From Alphaproteobacteria bacterium (GTDB taxonomy: Bacteria; Pseudomonadota; Alphaproteobacteria; UBA828): a DNA stretch of 64,000 nucleotides. The DNA lies in the NCBI GenBank assembly GCA_965214705.1, contig OZ243972.1, positions 1,472,001 to 1,536,000 on the forward strand. The letters run 5' to 3'. A model generated the notes under the pieces. It made no database searches and was not told the DNA's origin. It was given only the letters and a program-made list of their open reading frames with translations. How positions within the stretch are numbered: the first letter of the stretch is position 1; each line of letters begins with the position of its first letter. This document shows positions 10,203 to 20,809 of the stretch, piece after piece. The translations under genes were made by a program, and so were the position numbers.

Positions 10203-10952
10203 TCAGCGAACGCCCATCATGAGCTTGATGATCTCGTCCTGATCGGTCTCTCCGGTCTGCCGGATGCCCGCGAGCTGCCCCCGGTGCAGCACCATGATGC
10301 GGTCAGCCGTCGAGAAAATCTCCTGCAGATTATGACTCACGAATACCACGGCGACGCCGGTCTCGCGCAGGCGGCCGATCAGCTCCAGCACCTTGCCGAT
10401 CTCGACCACCGCGAGCGCAGCGGTCGGCTCGTCCATGAAGATGAGCCGCGCGTCCCAATAGAGCGCGCGGCTGATGGCGACCGCCTTCTTCTGCCCGCCC
10501 GAGAGATAGCCCACCTGCGCGGTCGGCGACAGCGAGCCGAGGCCGAGGCTCTCCAGCAACTCCGCCGCCTCGGCGATCATGCGCCGCCGGTCGATGGTCT
10601 TGACCCGTGTACGCAGCAGCCGGCCGAGGAAGACGTTCTCCCAAACCTCCAGCTCGTCCACCAGCGCCATGTCCTGGTAGATGACCTCGATGCCGCGCTC
10701 GCGCGAATCCCGCGGCGTCGCAAAGGCCACCTCCTGGTCGGCGAAGACGATCTCGCCTGCGTTGGGGCGGTGGACTCCCGAGACCAGCTTGATCAGCGTC
10801 GACTTGCCCGCTCCGTTGTCGCCGACGAGGCCCAGCACTTCGTTGCCGTGCGCCTCGAAGCTCACGCCATCCAGCGCCACGACATGGTCGAAGCGCTTGG
10901 AGAGCCCGCGCACCTTCAGGAGGGCTCCGTCGGCGCCGACGGCAGGCGTCAT
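10203..10952 (-). CDS. Sugar ABC transporter ATP-binding protein
   Basis: GDNGAGKST, LSGGQ and MDEPT motifs; ATGA overlap with the permease. Confidence 0.92.
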   Translation of the reverse strand: MTPAVGADGALLKVRGLSKRFDHVVALDGVSFEAHGNEVLGLVGDNGAGKSTLIKLVSGVHRPNAGEIVFADQEVAFATPRDSRERGIEVIYQDMALVDELEVWENVFLGRLLRTRVKTIDRRRMIAEAAELLESLGLGSLSPTAQVGYLSGGQKKAVAISRALYWDARLIFMDEPTAALAVVEIGKVLELIGRLRETGVAVVFVSHNLQEIFSTADRIMVLHRGQLAGIRQTGETDQDEIIKLMMGVR

Positions 10953-11926
10953 GGTGTGCCGGTCCGCCATCGTTCCTCGAAAATCTCGGTGACGCGCCAT
11001 AGCACGACGGCGGCGAGGATCAGCACCCCGCGCACGGCATCGACCCAGAAGCTGGAGATCGGCATGACGCTGAGCCCCGTCGTGATCACGCCCAAGAGCA
11101 GCACCCCGCCGAGCGGCCCCATCATGGTGCCCTTGCCGCCGGCGAGGCTCACCCCGCCGATCACCGCGGCGGCGAAGACCTCGAACACCATGCCCTGCCC
11201 GAGGTTGATGGTCACCGCCTGCAGCCGGCCGGCCAGCACCCAGGCCGCCAGCGCGCCCAGCATACCGGAAAGGATGAAGGCGGTGAGCGTGCGCCGGTCG
11301 ACCCGGATGCCGGCAGCGAATGCCGCTTCGCGGTTGCCGCCGATCGCGTAGAGGTCGCGGCCGAAGCTTGTGTAGCTGAGAACGAACTGGCTGACCACGA
11401 ACAGGCTGAGGAACAAGATCACCGACACCGGCAGGAGACCGCCGATGCTGTAGCCGCCAAGCGCGGCGAACGAGGGCGGCAGGTCGTACATCGTGTTGGC
11501 GTTGGTGAAGACGTAGGTGAAGCCCCGGAGCGCCAGCAGCATGGCGAGCGTCACGATGAAGGCGTTCACGCGGAGCTTGATGATGAAGAAGCTGTTGAGG
11601 CACCCGACCCCCGCCCCCATCCCCAGCATGAGGACGATGACCAGGGCCGGCGGTAGCTGCCAGCCCGAGCCGAAGAACGGGTTGGTGGACACCATCCATG
11701 CGCCGACGAGCGCGGTAAAACCCAGCGTCGATTCCGAGGACAGATCGAAGCGGCCGGCGAGCAGGCAGAAGATCATGCCGATCACCAGAATGCCGAGGAT
11801 CGACGAGTGCTCCAGCACGTTGATGAAGATCCGCACCGAAAGCAGGCGCGGCTCGACCGCGACGAACGCGATTGTCGTGAACAGGAGCACGATCCAGACC
11901 GCGTTCCTGAGGAGGAACCTGGTCAA
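10949..11926 (-). CDS. Sugar ABC transporter permease (RbsC-like)
   Basis: FDLS, GRDLYAIGGNREAA and AAAVIGGVSL motifs; multiple TM helices. Confidence 0.92.
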   Translation of the reverse strand: MTRFLLRNAVWIVLLFTTIAFVAVEPRLLSVRIFINVLEHSSILGILVIGMIFCLLAGRFDLSSESTLGFTALVGAWMVSTNPFFGSGWQLPPALVIVLMLGMGAGVGCLNSFFIIKLRVNAFIVTLAMLLALRGFTYVFTNANTMYDLPPSFAALGGYSIGGLLPVSVILFLSLFVVSQFVLSYTSFGRDLYAIGGNREAAFAAGIRVDRRTLTAFILSGMLGALAAWVLAGRLQAVTINLGQGMVFEVFAAAVIGGVSLAGGKGTMMGPLGGVLLLGVITTGLSVMPISSFWVDAVRGVLILAAVVLWRVTEIFEERWRTGTP

Positions 11927-12012
11927 TCCCGGTCGCCTCGCCGTGTGAAGCCGATAAGGGTCACAAGAGGCCGCGGCGTCTCGCCGTCAAGCCGCCGCGG
12001 CTCATCGCCGAC

Positions 12013-12045
12013 TGCAGGAATCGGGCGGCGCACCCGATTCCTGCA
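12013..12045 (-). terminator. Stem-loop after the substrate-binding gene (mRNA stabiliser or partial terminator)
   Basis: 13-bp perfect stem tgcaggaatcggg/cccgattcctgca with a 7-nt loop. Confidence 0.6.
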
Positions 12046-12061
12046 TGTTCGTCTCGCGGGT

Positions 12062-13123
12062 CTACTGGTACTTCTTGATCGCGTTACCCCAGAGGGTGGG
12101 GTCGGTGTAGTTCGATTTGTCCACCGGGCGGCTCGGCGTCTCGATTTGCCAACCCTCGGTGGCCTCGGACCAGCGCGCCTCGATTCCGTGATACGGCGCG
12201 CCCGGATTGTCGATGGGCCCGGCAGCGGTGATCCTGAAGCTGCCGTCGAGGTAGTGCTTGATGTAGTGGGCGAGGATCGTGCCGTAGCCCACCATGTCCT
12301 GCAGGGCGGAGGCATCCCACAGGTCGTTGCCGATCAGGTCGAGGATGCGCGGGTCGGCATCGATCCCGGTCACCACGATGTGGCCGGGCTCGCCGATCTT
12401 CTTGAGCTGACCGAGCGAATCCAGCGCGGCATCGACGCCCGGAATCACGTCGCTGCCCATGGTGATGCCGACCAGCTCGTTGGCGCTGGCGACCGACTTG
12501 GTGATGTCGAAGAACTCCTCCGGCGTCCAGTGCTGCAGCTTGCGGATCAGCTCGATCTTCGGGTGCTTCGCCAGCACCGCCTGGATCGCCTCCGACCGCT
12601 GGCGCGCGTTGACCTGGTCCATGGGGCCGTGCAGCTCGAGCACCTTGCCTGCGATCTCGCCACGCTGCTCCTCGATGCGCCTGACCAGCTCCTCGGCAGC
12701 GATCGTGCCGAGCGAGATGTTGTCGGCCCGCGCGATCAGCTCGACCTTGCCGCCCGCCGAGGTGCGGCCCAGCATGAAGACCGGAATGCCGGCCTCGTTG
12801 GCCTTCTTGACCGAAATCGTGGCGGCCAGGCTGTCCACCGGGCCGCCGACGATGGCGTCATAGCCAAGCGCGATCGCGGTCGCCCATTCGTCGGCCTCCC
12901 GCTTGGCGGAGATCTCCGCGTTCTTGATGACCGCATCCATGCCGAGGCTCTCGGAGACGTCCTGCCAGTTCCTGGCGATGACGATGTCGGCGGCGTTGTT
13001 GAGCTGTGGCGCGATGTAGATGACCTTGTAGCCCTCCGCACTCGCGCTCTGGCCGCCGACCGCGATGCCGAGCGCAAGCACTGCGGCGATCGCCGCGTGT
13101 CTCAGGATTCTCCCCGCCTGCAT
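12062..13123 (-). CDS. Sugar ABC transporter periplasmic substrate-binding protein (RbsB-like)
   Basis: Signal peptide ending ASA; KKANEAGIPV, ADN, GID and Q motifs of type I SBPs. Confidence 0.88.
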   Translation of the reverse strand: MQAGRILRHAAIAAVLALGIAVGGQSASAEGYKVIYIAPQLNNAADIVIARNWQDVSESLGMDAVIKNAEISAKREADEWATAIALGYDAIVGGPVDSLAATISVKKANEAGIPVFMLGRTSAGGKVELIARADNISLGTIAAEELVRRIEEQRGEIAGKVLELHGPMDQVNARQRSEAIQAVLAKHPKIELIRKLQHWTPEEFFDITKSVASANELVGITMGSDVIPGVDAALDSLGQLKKIGEPGHIVVTGIDADPRILDLIGNDLWDASALQDMVGYGTILAHYIKHYLDGSFRITAAGPIDNPGAPYHGIEARWSEATEGWQIETPSRPVDKSNYTDPTLWGNAIKKYQ

Positions 13124-13326
13124 GACTTCCTCTCCCTTGTGTCTCCCGGCGGCCGCCCCGGTTGCACTGGTTTGACGTGGTTGAAGGCGACCGTGAGCAC
13201 AGAATAGCGCGGCGCGGCCTGCCTCTGTCAAACAAGGCGGGCTGCGCGCCCCACGTCTGCTCCGCTGCGCGGCGATCCGGGGTAGGATGGGGCGGTCGGT
13301 GGACGAGTTCGGGAGCGGGACACGAC

Positions 13327-14559
13327 ATGGTGGCGGCCGAAGCTGGGGAACGGATCGAGGTCGATGTCGTCATCGCCGGCGGCGGTCTGGTCGGGCTTAC
13401 CCTCGGTGTCGCGCTCGCCGGCGCCGGCATCGAGACGGCGGTGGTCGACGGCACGCCGCCGGCTGCGATGAAGGATGCTACGTTCGACGGTAGGGTCTCG
13501 TCCATCGCGCTCGGCTCCAGGCGGGTGCTGGACGGCATCGGGCTCTGGCCCGCGCTCGCGGCCAATGCCCAGCCGATCCTGGAGATCCGCGTCTCCGACG
13601 GCGATGTGCCCCTCTTCCTGCACTACGACCACAAGGCCGTGGGTGACGACCCGCTCGGCTACATCGTCGAGAACCGAAACATCCGCGCTGCGTTGCTGGA
13701 GCGGGCGGGGCGGCTCGCCGCGCTCCGTCACCTCGCGCCGGCCTCGGTGGAGGCACTTGAGCCCGCCGCCGGCGGCATCGACGCCCGGCTTGCGGACGGC
13801 CGCTGCGTGCGCGCCCGCCTCGCGGTCGCCGCCGACGGCGCTAACTCGGTCCTGCGCGCAGCCGCCGGGATCGAGACCGTGCGCTGGTCCTACGAGCAGA
13901 CCGGGATCGTCTGCACGGTGCTGCACGAGCGCCCGCACCGGGGTATCGCACACGAGCGCTTCCTGCCGGCCGGGCCCTTCGCGATCCTGCCCATGACCGG
14001 CGACCGCTCCTCCCTGGTCTGGACCGAGCGGGCGGCGCTGGCGCCTGCTCTGATGGACGCGTCACCCGAGGTCTTCGCCAGGGAGCTTGGCGCGCGCTTC
14101 GGCGATTTCCTCGGCGCGCTGGAGCCGATCGGCCCGCGCTGGAGCTATCCGCTGCGGCTCACCCATGCGAAGCGCTATGTCGCGCCCCGCCTCGCGCTCG
14201 CGGGCGACGCGGCGCATGCGATCCATCCGCTGGCGGGCCAGGGCTTCAACCTCGGCATCCGCGACGCCGCGGTGCTGGCGGAGCTTGTGGTGGATCGTGC
14301 GCGCCTCGGCCTCGATATCGGGGGCGACGACGTGCTCGCGCATTATCAGCGCCGGCGGCGCTTCGACTCAGTGGTCCTGATCGGCGTGACCGACGGGCTC
14401 AACCGCCTCTTCTCGAACGACAATCAGGGCCTGCGTCTGGTCCGCGATGTCGGCCTCGCGGCGGTCAACGAAATGCCGCCGGTCAAGCGCTTCTTCATGC
14501 GCCACGCCATGGGGCTCGCCGGCGACCTGCCCCGCCTCGCCCGCGGCGAGCCACTCTAA
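13327..14559 (+). CDS. UbiH/UbiF/VisC/COQ6 family ubiquinone hydroxylase (UbiL-like)
   Basis: GGGLVG, AADGANS, ERFLPAGPFAILPM and GDAAHAIHPLAGQGFNLG motifs. Confidence 0.9.
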   Translation: MVAAEAGERIEVDVVIAGGGLVGLTLGVALAGAGIETAVVDGTPPAAMKDATFDGRVSSIALGSRRVLDGIGLWPALAANAQPILEIRVSDGDVPLFLHYDHKAVGDDPLGYIVENRNIRAALLERAGRLAALRHLAPASVEALEPAAGGIDARLADGRCVRARLAVAADGANSVLRAAAGIETVRWSYEQTGIVCTVLHERPHRGIAHERFLPAGPFAILPMTGDRSSLVWTERAALAPALMDASPEVFARELGARFGDFLGALEPIGPRWSYPLRLTHAKRYVAPRLALAGDAAHAIHPLAGQGFNLGIRDAAVLAELVVDRARLGLDIGGDDVLAHYQRRRRFDSVVLIGVTDGLNRLFSNDNQGLRLVRDVGLAAVNEMPPVKRFFMRHAMGLAGDLPRLARGEPL

Positions 14560-15902
14560 AGCCACTCCACGTAGCGCGCGCGCTCGGTTTCCGGCACCTG
14601 GCGGCGGAATTCGTCGTACTCGTAGCGCTTGATCAGGGCGTAGTTGCGGCAGAATTCCTCGCCAAACCAGTCCTTGGCCCAATCGGATGCCTCGAACCTC
14701 GCAAGCGCTTCGCCCCAGTCGTCGGGCAGCCGGGTCACGTCCTGCTCGTCGAGATCGCCCTCCGCCGGCGGGCCCGGATCGGTCTTGTTGGCGACACCGT
14801 CGAGGCCTGCTGCGAGATAGGCGGCCAAGGCGAGGTAGACGTTGACGTCGCCGCCGCAGACCCGGAGCTCCGGTCGTGTTGCGGCGGGAGCCTCGTTGAT
14901 CAGGCGGATCGCGGCGGTGCGGTTGTCCACGCCCCAGGCGAGCGAGATCGGGGCGAAGGCGCCGGGTACCAGCCTGCGGTAAGAATTGGAGTTGGGGAAG
15001 AAGACGGCGGTGAGCTCGGTCAAGCGGGCAAGCACACCGCCCATGAAGTGCCGGCAGGTGTCGTTGATGTGCTGCGGCTCGTCCGGCGCCGCGAAGGCGT
15101 TGTTGCCGTCGCCATCCACCAGCGACATGTGGATGTGGCAGGAGTTGCCGGTCATCTTGTCGAACGGCTTGGCCATGAAGGTGACGCGGCGGCCCATCTG
15201 CATCGCCGCCTCCTTCATGGTGGCGCGGAAAAGGTGCCCGTCGTCGCCCATTTCGCGCACCGGGCGGTGGCGAATGCTGACCTCGTACTGGCCGGGCCCC
15301 CACTCATAGTGGCTGCATTCGAGCTCGCCGTGGGCGGCGACCGCGTCGAGCAGCGAGTATTCCTCGGCGAGGAACTGGGTGCGCTTCTGCATCGAGTAGC
15401 ACTGCAGCCCGGAATCGAGCCTCTCGTGCTCTTCATCGAGGAGGAAGAACTCGAACTCGGGCGCGCAGCGGGCGCCGTAGCCCATTGCCTCCATGCGATC
15501 GGCGACGCGGTGCAGCACGTTGCGGGGCTCGCCTTCCACCAGCCGCCCGTCAGGCCACACCATCTTGCCCATCACCAGCGCCGTGTCAGGCTCATGACGC
15601 AGAATGCGCATGCTGGAGAGGTCGGGCACGGCGATGAAATCGGCGTAGCCGATGTTCTCGCCGTAGTCGGTGCCGAGGACCACGTTGGCGCCGATGTCGA
15701 AGGCCATGACCGTGGCACAGAAGGCGATGCCGTGGTGCATCGTGCGCTCGAAGTGGGCGATGTCCATCGCCTTGCCGCGGGAAACGCCGCCATAGTCGCA
15801 ATACTCGACGCGGACGCGCTGGACGCCGTTGGCGCGCAGCCAGTCGATGACCTGATCGCTCGTGCCCGTGAAGCGCACAGGGCCCGTTGCCGCCTCGCTC
15901 AT
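14556..15902 (-). CDS. Glutamine synthetase family protein (gamma-glutamylamine synthetase-like)
   Basis: RGK, EFEFF, E-GPGQYE, FMAKP, HIHMS, WGVDNRT and ELR motifs. Confidence 0.9.
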   Translation of the reverse strand: MSEAATGPVRFTGTSDQVIDWLRANGVQRVRVEYCDYGGVSRGKAMDIAHFERTMHHGIAFCATVMAFDIGANVVLGTDYGENIGYADFIAVPDLSSMRILRHEPDTALVMGKMVWPDGRLVEGEPRNVLHRVADRMEAMGYGARCAPEFEFFLLDEEHERLDSGLQCYSMQKRTQFLAEEYSLLDAVAAHGELECSHYEWGPGQYEVSIRHRPVREMGDDGHLFRATMKEAAMQMGRRVTFMAKPFDKMTGNSCHIHMSLVDGDGNNAFAAPDEPQHINDTCRHFMGGVLARLTELTAVFFPNSNSYRRLVPGAFAPISLAWGVDNRTAAIRLINEAPAATRPELRVCGGDVNVYLALAAYLAAGLDGVANKTDPGPPAEGDLDEQDVTRLPDDWGEALARFEASDWAKDWFGEEFCRNYALIKRYEYDEFRRQVPETERARYVEWL

Positions 15903-16206
15903 TCCTCGACGCTCCCGTTGGTCGGCTCGCGGGGCCGTACCATACCGGCAGAGCTGCGGGCGCTCAAAGCGGGGGCTCGTTATCATCTCCCTCAAGCGCC
16001 GGGCGCTCGCTCCGCTCGCTTGGCTACGCGCCTATCGGTGCTATTCTTGAGCTTGGTTTATGATATGGCATTAGTCAGTAAAGTCATTACATTACAGATT
16101 ATAGCCTCTCCACATGTAGCATTTTACACTACATTGCAAACACCGAGTCAACACATGCGTCGGACTCTGTGCGGCCGGGTGTGAGAAGGGTCGTGGCCGG
16201 GTAGGA

Positions 16207-16703
16207 GTAACCGTTCCGCCGCCTAGGGATTGCAGCGCCGGCAGCGGTTTTGACCTTCCCAGAGTAGCCTACGGCGGCGCGATGCGCTGGTAACTGTTCC
16301 GAGCATGCGCTAGCGTCGGGCGCATGTCGATGCGCGACGAGGATTTAGGCACGGCCCTGACGCTGGCCGAGGACGAGGCCGGGATTTGGTCGCCGTCGCA
16401 GACGCCGCCGGCGCGTGCGCCTCGCGACCATCGATCACCATATGAGCAGGAGCGCGCTCGGGCCGATGCGGCCGAAGCGCGTTGCGAGGAGTTGCGCCGG
16501 TCGGAGATGGCCTCTCGCTCCCGGGCGGGGTCTCTGAAGTCGCAGCTCGACGCCAGCCGGACCAAGCTGAAGGCGGCAGAGGACGAGATCGAGGAAGTCC
16601 GCCGCGCGTCGAAGAACGCCCTCGCCTTGCAGGCCGAAGTGACGCGGCTGGAGAGGCTGCTTTCGGGAGCCGGCGTTGAGTCGAGCAAGCGCAGCACGGT
16701 CAT
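16207..16703 (+). mobile_element. Left end of an IS66-family element, truncated
   Basis: IS66-type GTAACCGTTCC end at 16207; coiled-coil ORF from 16324 (YEQERARADAAEARCEEL) cut at the IS1634 IR. Confidence 0.6.
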
Positions 16704-18863
16704 CCCAAGTTGGCACTTTTTCCGACCAGCCGAGCCTGTTCGAGCTAGTTTTGCGGCGCTGAACCACTAGATGTTGGGGTTGGAGGACACCTGAGACCCA
16801 CATTTGCCATTCGTGGTCCTGGAAGCCAATTGTGGGGCCAGGACTTTGGAGTTGAGTCGATATCCCTCTTGCCAGATGCCGCGAACGCCGTGTATGCGAA
16901 ACAGGCATCGCAGAAACGGCGCCGCCATGTACATCAAGGCAACCAGGACACACACCGACAAGGCCGGCCAGCCGGTCCGAAGCCATCGCCTCGTGCTCGC
17001 CCAGCGCGTCGGCGACAAGGTGCGCCACAGGACGCTGCTCAATCTCGGCACCGACTATCCGGTGCCGCGCGAGAAGTGGAAGGCCGTCACCGAACTCGCC
17101 GAGGCGCTGCTTCACGGCAAGCCGCCGCTGTTCGAGGGCGAGGCGGATGTGCGGGCCGCAGCCGAGGACATCGTCGCCAAGCTCAGGGCCAGGGGGTTCC
17201 GCGTCGAGGCGATGCAGGAAGAGGCGCGCAAGCCCGACATCGCCACCGTCGACCTCGATACCCTGGAGCACGAGAACCCGCGCACGGTCGGCTGCGAGCG
17301 CCTGTGCCTCAAGGCCCTCGACGCCCTCGGCTTCGCCGAAATCCTCCACGGCCTCGACATCAAGGGCCGCGACGGGCGCATCGCCAGCGCGCTGATCGTC
17401 GCCAGGATGGTCCATCCCGCCAGCGAGCGTGATACCAGCCGCTGGCTCCGCCACGACAGCGCGGCCGCCGAGCTCCTGGGCCTGGAGGGCGACCGCAAGG
17501 CGCTGCGGCGCAAGACGCTCTACCGCATCGGCGACCTGCTCTGGCGCCACCGCGCCGCCATCCAGCGGGAGCTGTTCAACCGTGAGCGCGCACTGCTCGA
17601 CCTGCCCGAGACGATCGCCTTCTACGATCTCACCAACGTCCACTACCACGGCCACACGGGCGGCGAGCTTCCCAGGTTCGGGCGCTCCAAGCAGAAGCGC
17701 GACGACTGTCCCCTCATCACGCTGGCGCTGGCGCTCGACGGCGCGGGCTTCCCGCGCAGTTGCGAGATCCTGCCGGGCAACGTGAGCGAGCCGGGCACGC
17801 TGCACGAGGCGCTGGCGCGGCTCGAGGCGGTGTGCGGCGGCACGGCGCCGAAGCCCACGGTGGTCATGGACGCGGGCATCGCCACCGAGGAGAACATCGT
17901 CTGGCTGGGCGAGCAGGGCTACGACTGGATCGCGGTCAGCCGCGGTGCCAGGCCTGCGCCGCCCGAGGGCGGACCCGAGGCCCTGCTGATCACCAGCGCG
18001 CGCCACGAGGTGCGGGCCTGGCGGCTTGCCAGCGAGGACGGCGAGGCGCGGCTCTACGTCGTCAGCGAGGGCAAGAAGAAGGCCGAGAACGCGATCATCG
18101 GCCTGAGGCGGAACCGCTTCGAGGCGGCGCTGGAAAGGCTCCACGGCGGCCTCCCGGTCAAGGGCCGCCTCAAGCGCTACGACAAGGTGCTGGAGAGCAT
18201 AGGCCGCCTCAAGCAGCGCTTCTCCGCCGTCGCCAGGCACTACGAGATCACGGTCGAGAGGGCGAAAACCGGCCCCAATGCCACCGCCGTGCGCTTCAAG
18301 CGCAGGCCGCGATACGACGAGGCCGATGAGGGCGCCGGTGCCTATGTGCTGCGCACCAGCCACGTCGACTGGGACATCGAGACGGTCCTGCGGACGTACT
18401 GGCGGATCACGGATATCGAGGCGACATTCCGGAGCCTGAAATCCGAGCTCGGCCTTCGCCCGATCTGGCACCAGCTCGACCGGCGCATCGCGGCCCACCT
18501 GCTGATCGCCGTGCTGGCCTACCACGCCGTGCATCTGATCCGTACCCGGCTGGCCGCGCGCGGCATCCACAAGTGCTGGGCGTCGATCCGCGAGAGCATG
18601 CGGACCTGGGTGCGGATCACCACGCGCCTGCGCCAGACCGACGGCACCTTGATCGTCAACCGCCAGGACACGCGCCCGGCCGCCGAGGTTGCCGCAATCT
18701 CCTCGGCGGCGGGCGTGGACCCCGCCATCCACCGCACGAGGACCCGTCTGATGAGCTGACAGAATCTCACAAAATGTGGGGCCATGTTGGAATCGACCGA
18801 GAAAAATATCGCGTTGAATCAAACCAATAGGGAACACAGGCAGCGGAAAAGTGCCAACTTGGG
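16704..18863 (+). mobile_element. IS1634-family insertion sequence, no target duplication
   Basis: 17-bp perfect IR cccaagttggcactttt (16704-16720 / 18847-18863); the two flanks differ. Confidence 0.88.
16927..18759 (+). CDS. IS1634-family transposase
   Basis: YDLTN, GRSKQKR, VMDAG and IEATFRSLKSELGLRPIWH motifs. Confidence 0.92.
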   Translation: MYIKATRTHTDKAGQPVRSHRLVLAQRVGDKVRHRTLLNLGTDYPVPREKWKAVTELAEALLHGKPPLFEGEADVRAAAEDIVAKLRARGFRVEAMQEEARKPDIATVDLDTLEHENPRTVGCERLCLKALDALGFAEILHGLDIKGRDGRIASALIVARMVHPASERDTSRWLRHDSAAAELLGLEGDRKALRRKTLYRIGDLLWRHRAAIQRELFNRERALLDLPETIAFYDLTNVHYHGHTGGELPRFGRSKQKRDDCPLITLALALDGAGFPRSCEILPGNVSEPGTLHEALARLEAVCGGTAPKPTVVMDAGIATEENIVWLGEQGYDWIAVSRGARPAPPEGGPEALLITSARHEVRAWRLASEDGEARLYVVSEGKKKAENAIIGLRRNRFEAALERLHGGLPVKGRLKRYDKVLESIGRLKQRFSAVARHYEITVERAKTGPNATAVRFKRRPRYDEADEGAGAYVLRTSHVDWDIETVLRTYWRITDIEATFRSLKSELGLRPIWHQLDRRIAAHLLIAVLAYHAVHLIRTRLAARGIHKCWASIRESMRTWVRITTRLRQTDGTLIVNRQDTRPAAEVAAISSAAGVDPAIHRTRTRLMS

Positions 18864-19475
18864 TCAAGGGTTTCGGCGTAAGGGTCCTGCCCTCGGGCGC
18901 CAGGCGCTACTTCATCCACAGCCAGCACAACGGGCGCCGGTTCTGGAAGATCGTCGGCCAGGCCGGGGACATCGGCCTGGACGAAGCACGCAGCCGGGCC
19001 AGGACCCTGCTGGCCGCGATCCGCAACGGAAGCGGCGACGAGACCGCAGCACCCGCGGACGCCGCCTTCGAGACGGTCGCCGAAGAAGTCTTCCGCCGCT
19101 ACGCCCGGAACTGGAAGCCGTCCACGCTCAAGGTCAACCGGGGCTACTACAAGAACCAGATCCTGCCCTGGTTCGAGGGGCGTCCCATCGCAGACATCGC
19201 CGCGAGCGACGTCAGGCAATGGTTCGCCTCCCTGCACGAGACCCCGGTGGCGGCCGACCGCTCGGCTCCGGTCCTCTCGGTCATCTTGAGCCAGGCCGAG
19301 GTCTACGGCTACCGGCCCGAGGGCACCAACCCGTGCGCCGGCATCAAGCGCTACCGCCGCCAGAGCCGCGAGCGCTTCCTGTCTACCGCCGACATGCGCC
19401 GGCTGGGCGAAGTGCTGACGCGCCATGAGGCCGATAATCCGCAGGCCGTAGCGATCATACGGCTGCTGCTGCTCA
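18864..19475 (+). pseudogene. Phage-type tyrosine integrase fragment (arm-binding and core-binding domains, no catalytic domain)
   Basis: GFGVRVLPSG...EAR, NPCAGIKRY and RERFLS motifs; stops at IIRLLLL just before the catalytic TG-R. Confidence 0.85.
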
Positions 19476-20120
19476 GCACCTGCGCCAGCGACCGCAACGA
19501 GTTGGTGGCGGACATCGCGGCGATCGCGGCCGAGGTGGGCCGGCCCGAGACGGTGCTGGCGGACAACGGCTATGCCAACGGAGCGGAGGTGGCGGCGCTT
19601 GAAGCGCGCGGCATCGAGGCTCTGGTGGCGACGGCTTCGGAAGACCGGCGGCGGCGCCACGACTTCCGCCCGGCCGGGGCCGGGACGGCGGTGAAGGAAG
19701 CCAAGGCCGCCTGGCTGCGGGAGATGGCGATCAAGCTCGACAGCGAGGAGGGCCGGGCGCTATACAGGCTGCGTCGGCAAACCGTCGAGCCGGTGTTCGG
19801 CGTCATCAAGGCGGTCCTCGGCTTCACCCGCTTCTCGCTGCGCGGCCTCGACAAGGTGGCCGGCGAGTGGGACCTGGTGGCGCTGGCCCACAACTGCAAG
19901 CGCCTGCACAAGCTGACGCTGTCCATGGCGTCGTGACGGCGTTCCTGGCCCGACTCCTCGACGCAACCAAGTCGACACAGCCCAGCAGTACCCGAAATCG
20001 ACGTTCCGGCGATCGCCCCAACCCCATCTCCGTCGTCTCATCCAACCTCGATCGTACCGCCGGCAGACAACGGCCAGATCACTCATAATCGCAAGCCCAC
20101 CCCAAAGTCCGACAGACTGC
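19476..20120 (+). mobile_element. IS1182-family relic: transposase C-terminus (stop 19936) and right end
   Basis: LADNGY, YRLRRQTVEPVFG, FSLRGLDKV and AHN motifs; end-like gtccgacagactgc at 20107-20120. Confidence 0.8.
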
Positions 20121-20421
20121 CAGGGCGCGAGCAGCACCAGCACCTCTTCGTCCGCCTCGGTGAACCCGCCCGCCTTGGTGCCAAGGAAGAAGCTGCCCAC
20201 GTGGACGCCCCGGTGGCGCATCGGCGTGCCTTGGAACGCGCCGCAGTCGATCGGGCAGGGCGTAGGGATCAGCGCGTTCACGAAGTCCGCGAGAATCACC
20301 AGCCGGAGCGGTGCGGCGAGGCCGGCGAGATGAGCGAACAGGCCCGGCCCGTCGGACCAGCCCTCCAGCGCCCGGTGCTCGTCCTCCGTCAATCCGGAGG
20401 TGACGAAGTCGCCGGGGCGTC
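20121..20421 (-). pseudogene. GAF-domain sensor fragment
   Basis: DFVTSGLTEDEHR...FQGTPMRHRG...GGFTEADEEVLVLLA; truncated at both ends. Confidence 0.7.
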
Positions 20422-20809
20422 CGGCGGCATCGACTGCGGATGTGGGTCATAAGTTACTATCAGGATACTTTAAGACGTAATTTAGCGATACACAAGAGAT
20501 GTTATTCTACACTTGTCGGCTTTAATATCTCCCTGACTCATCCTTTGCGCAACGTCTTCCGCGACGGTCTTGTCATGCGTTACTATGCGAGTATGATGCG
20601 CGGCTTAGATTAAGGAAGAGAACAAGTTCACGGGGGGTTGGGCGATGCGAACGAGTTGGCCTGGACTACTGGGCGAGGCGCGGGCGGCCGGTGCGGACAG
20701 TGAGCGGTTGCCCCTGCAGGACTTCGTGATTCGTGAGTGCAATGAAGCGCCAATGCGCCATACTTGCGTGTTCAGCCATGAGGGCGCTCCGTCGGGCCGC
20801 GGCGGCGCC
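20422..20809 (+). repeat. 388-bp inverted repeat, copy 1
   Basis: Reverse complement of 35616-36003; two mismatches found by eye (20523, 20787). Confidence 0.95.
20570..20597 (+). promoter_or_regulatory. Putative sigma70 promoter inside the repeat (mirrored at 35828-35855 on the minus strand)
   Basis: TTGTCA-N16-TATGAT in AT-rich DNA upstream of the Calx-beta ORF. Confidence 0.5.

Noticed and set aside
1568-18867. Long antisense or alternate-frame ORFs (e.g. 1568-3229, 11807-13207, 16435-18867)
   Set aside because: Shadows of real genes in high-GC DNA, with no motifs
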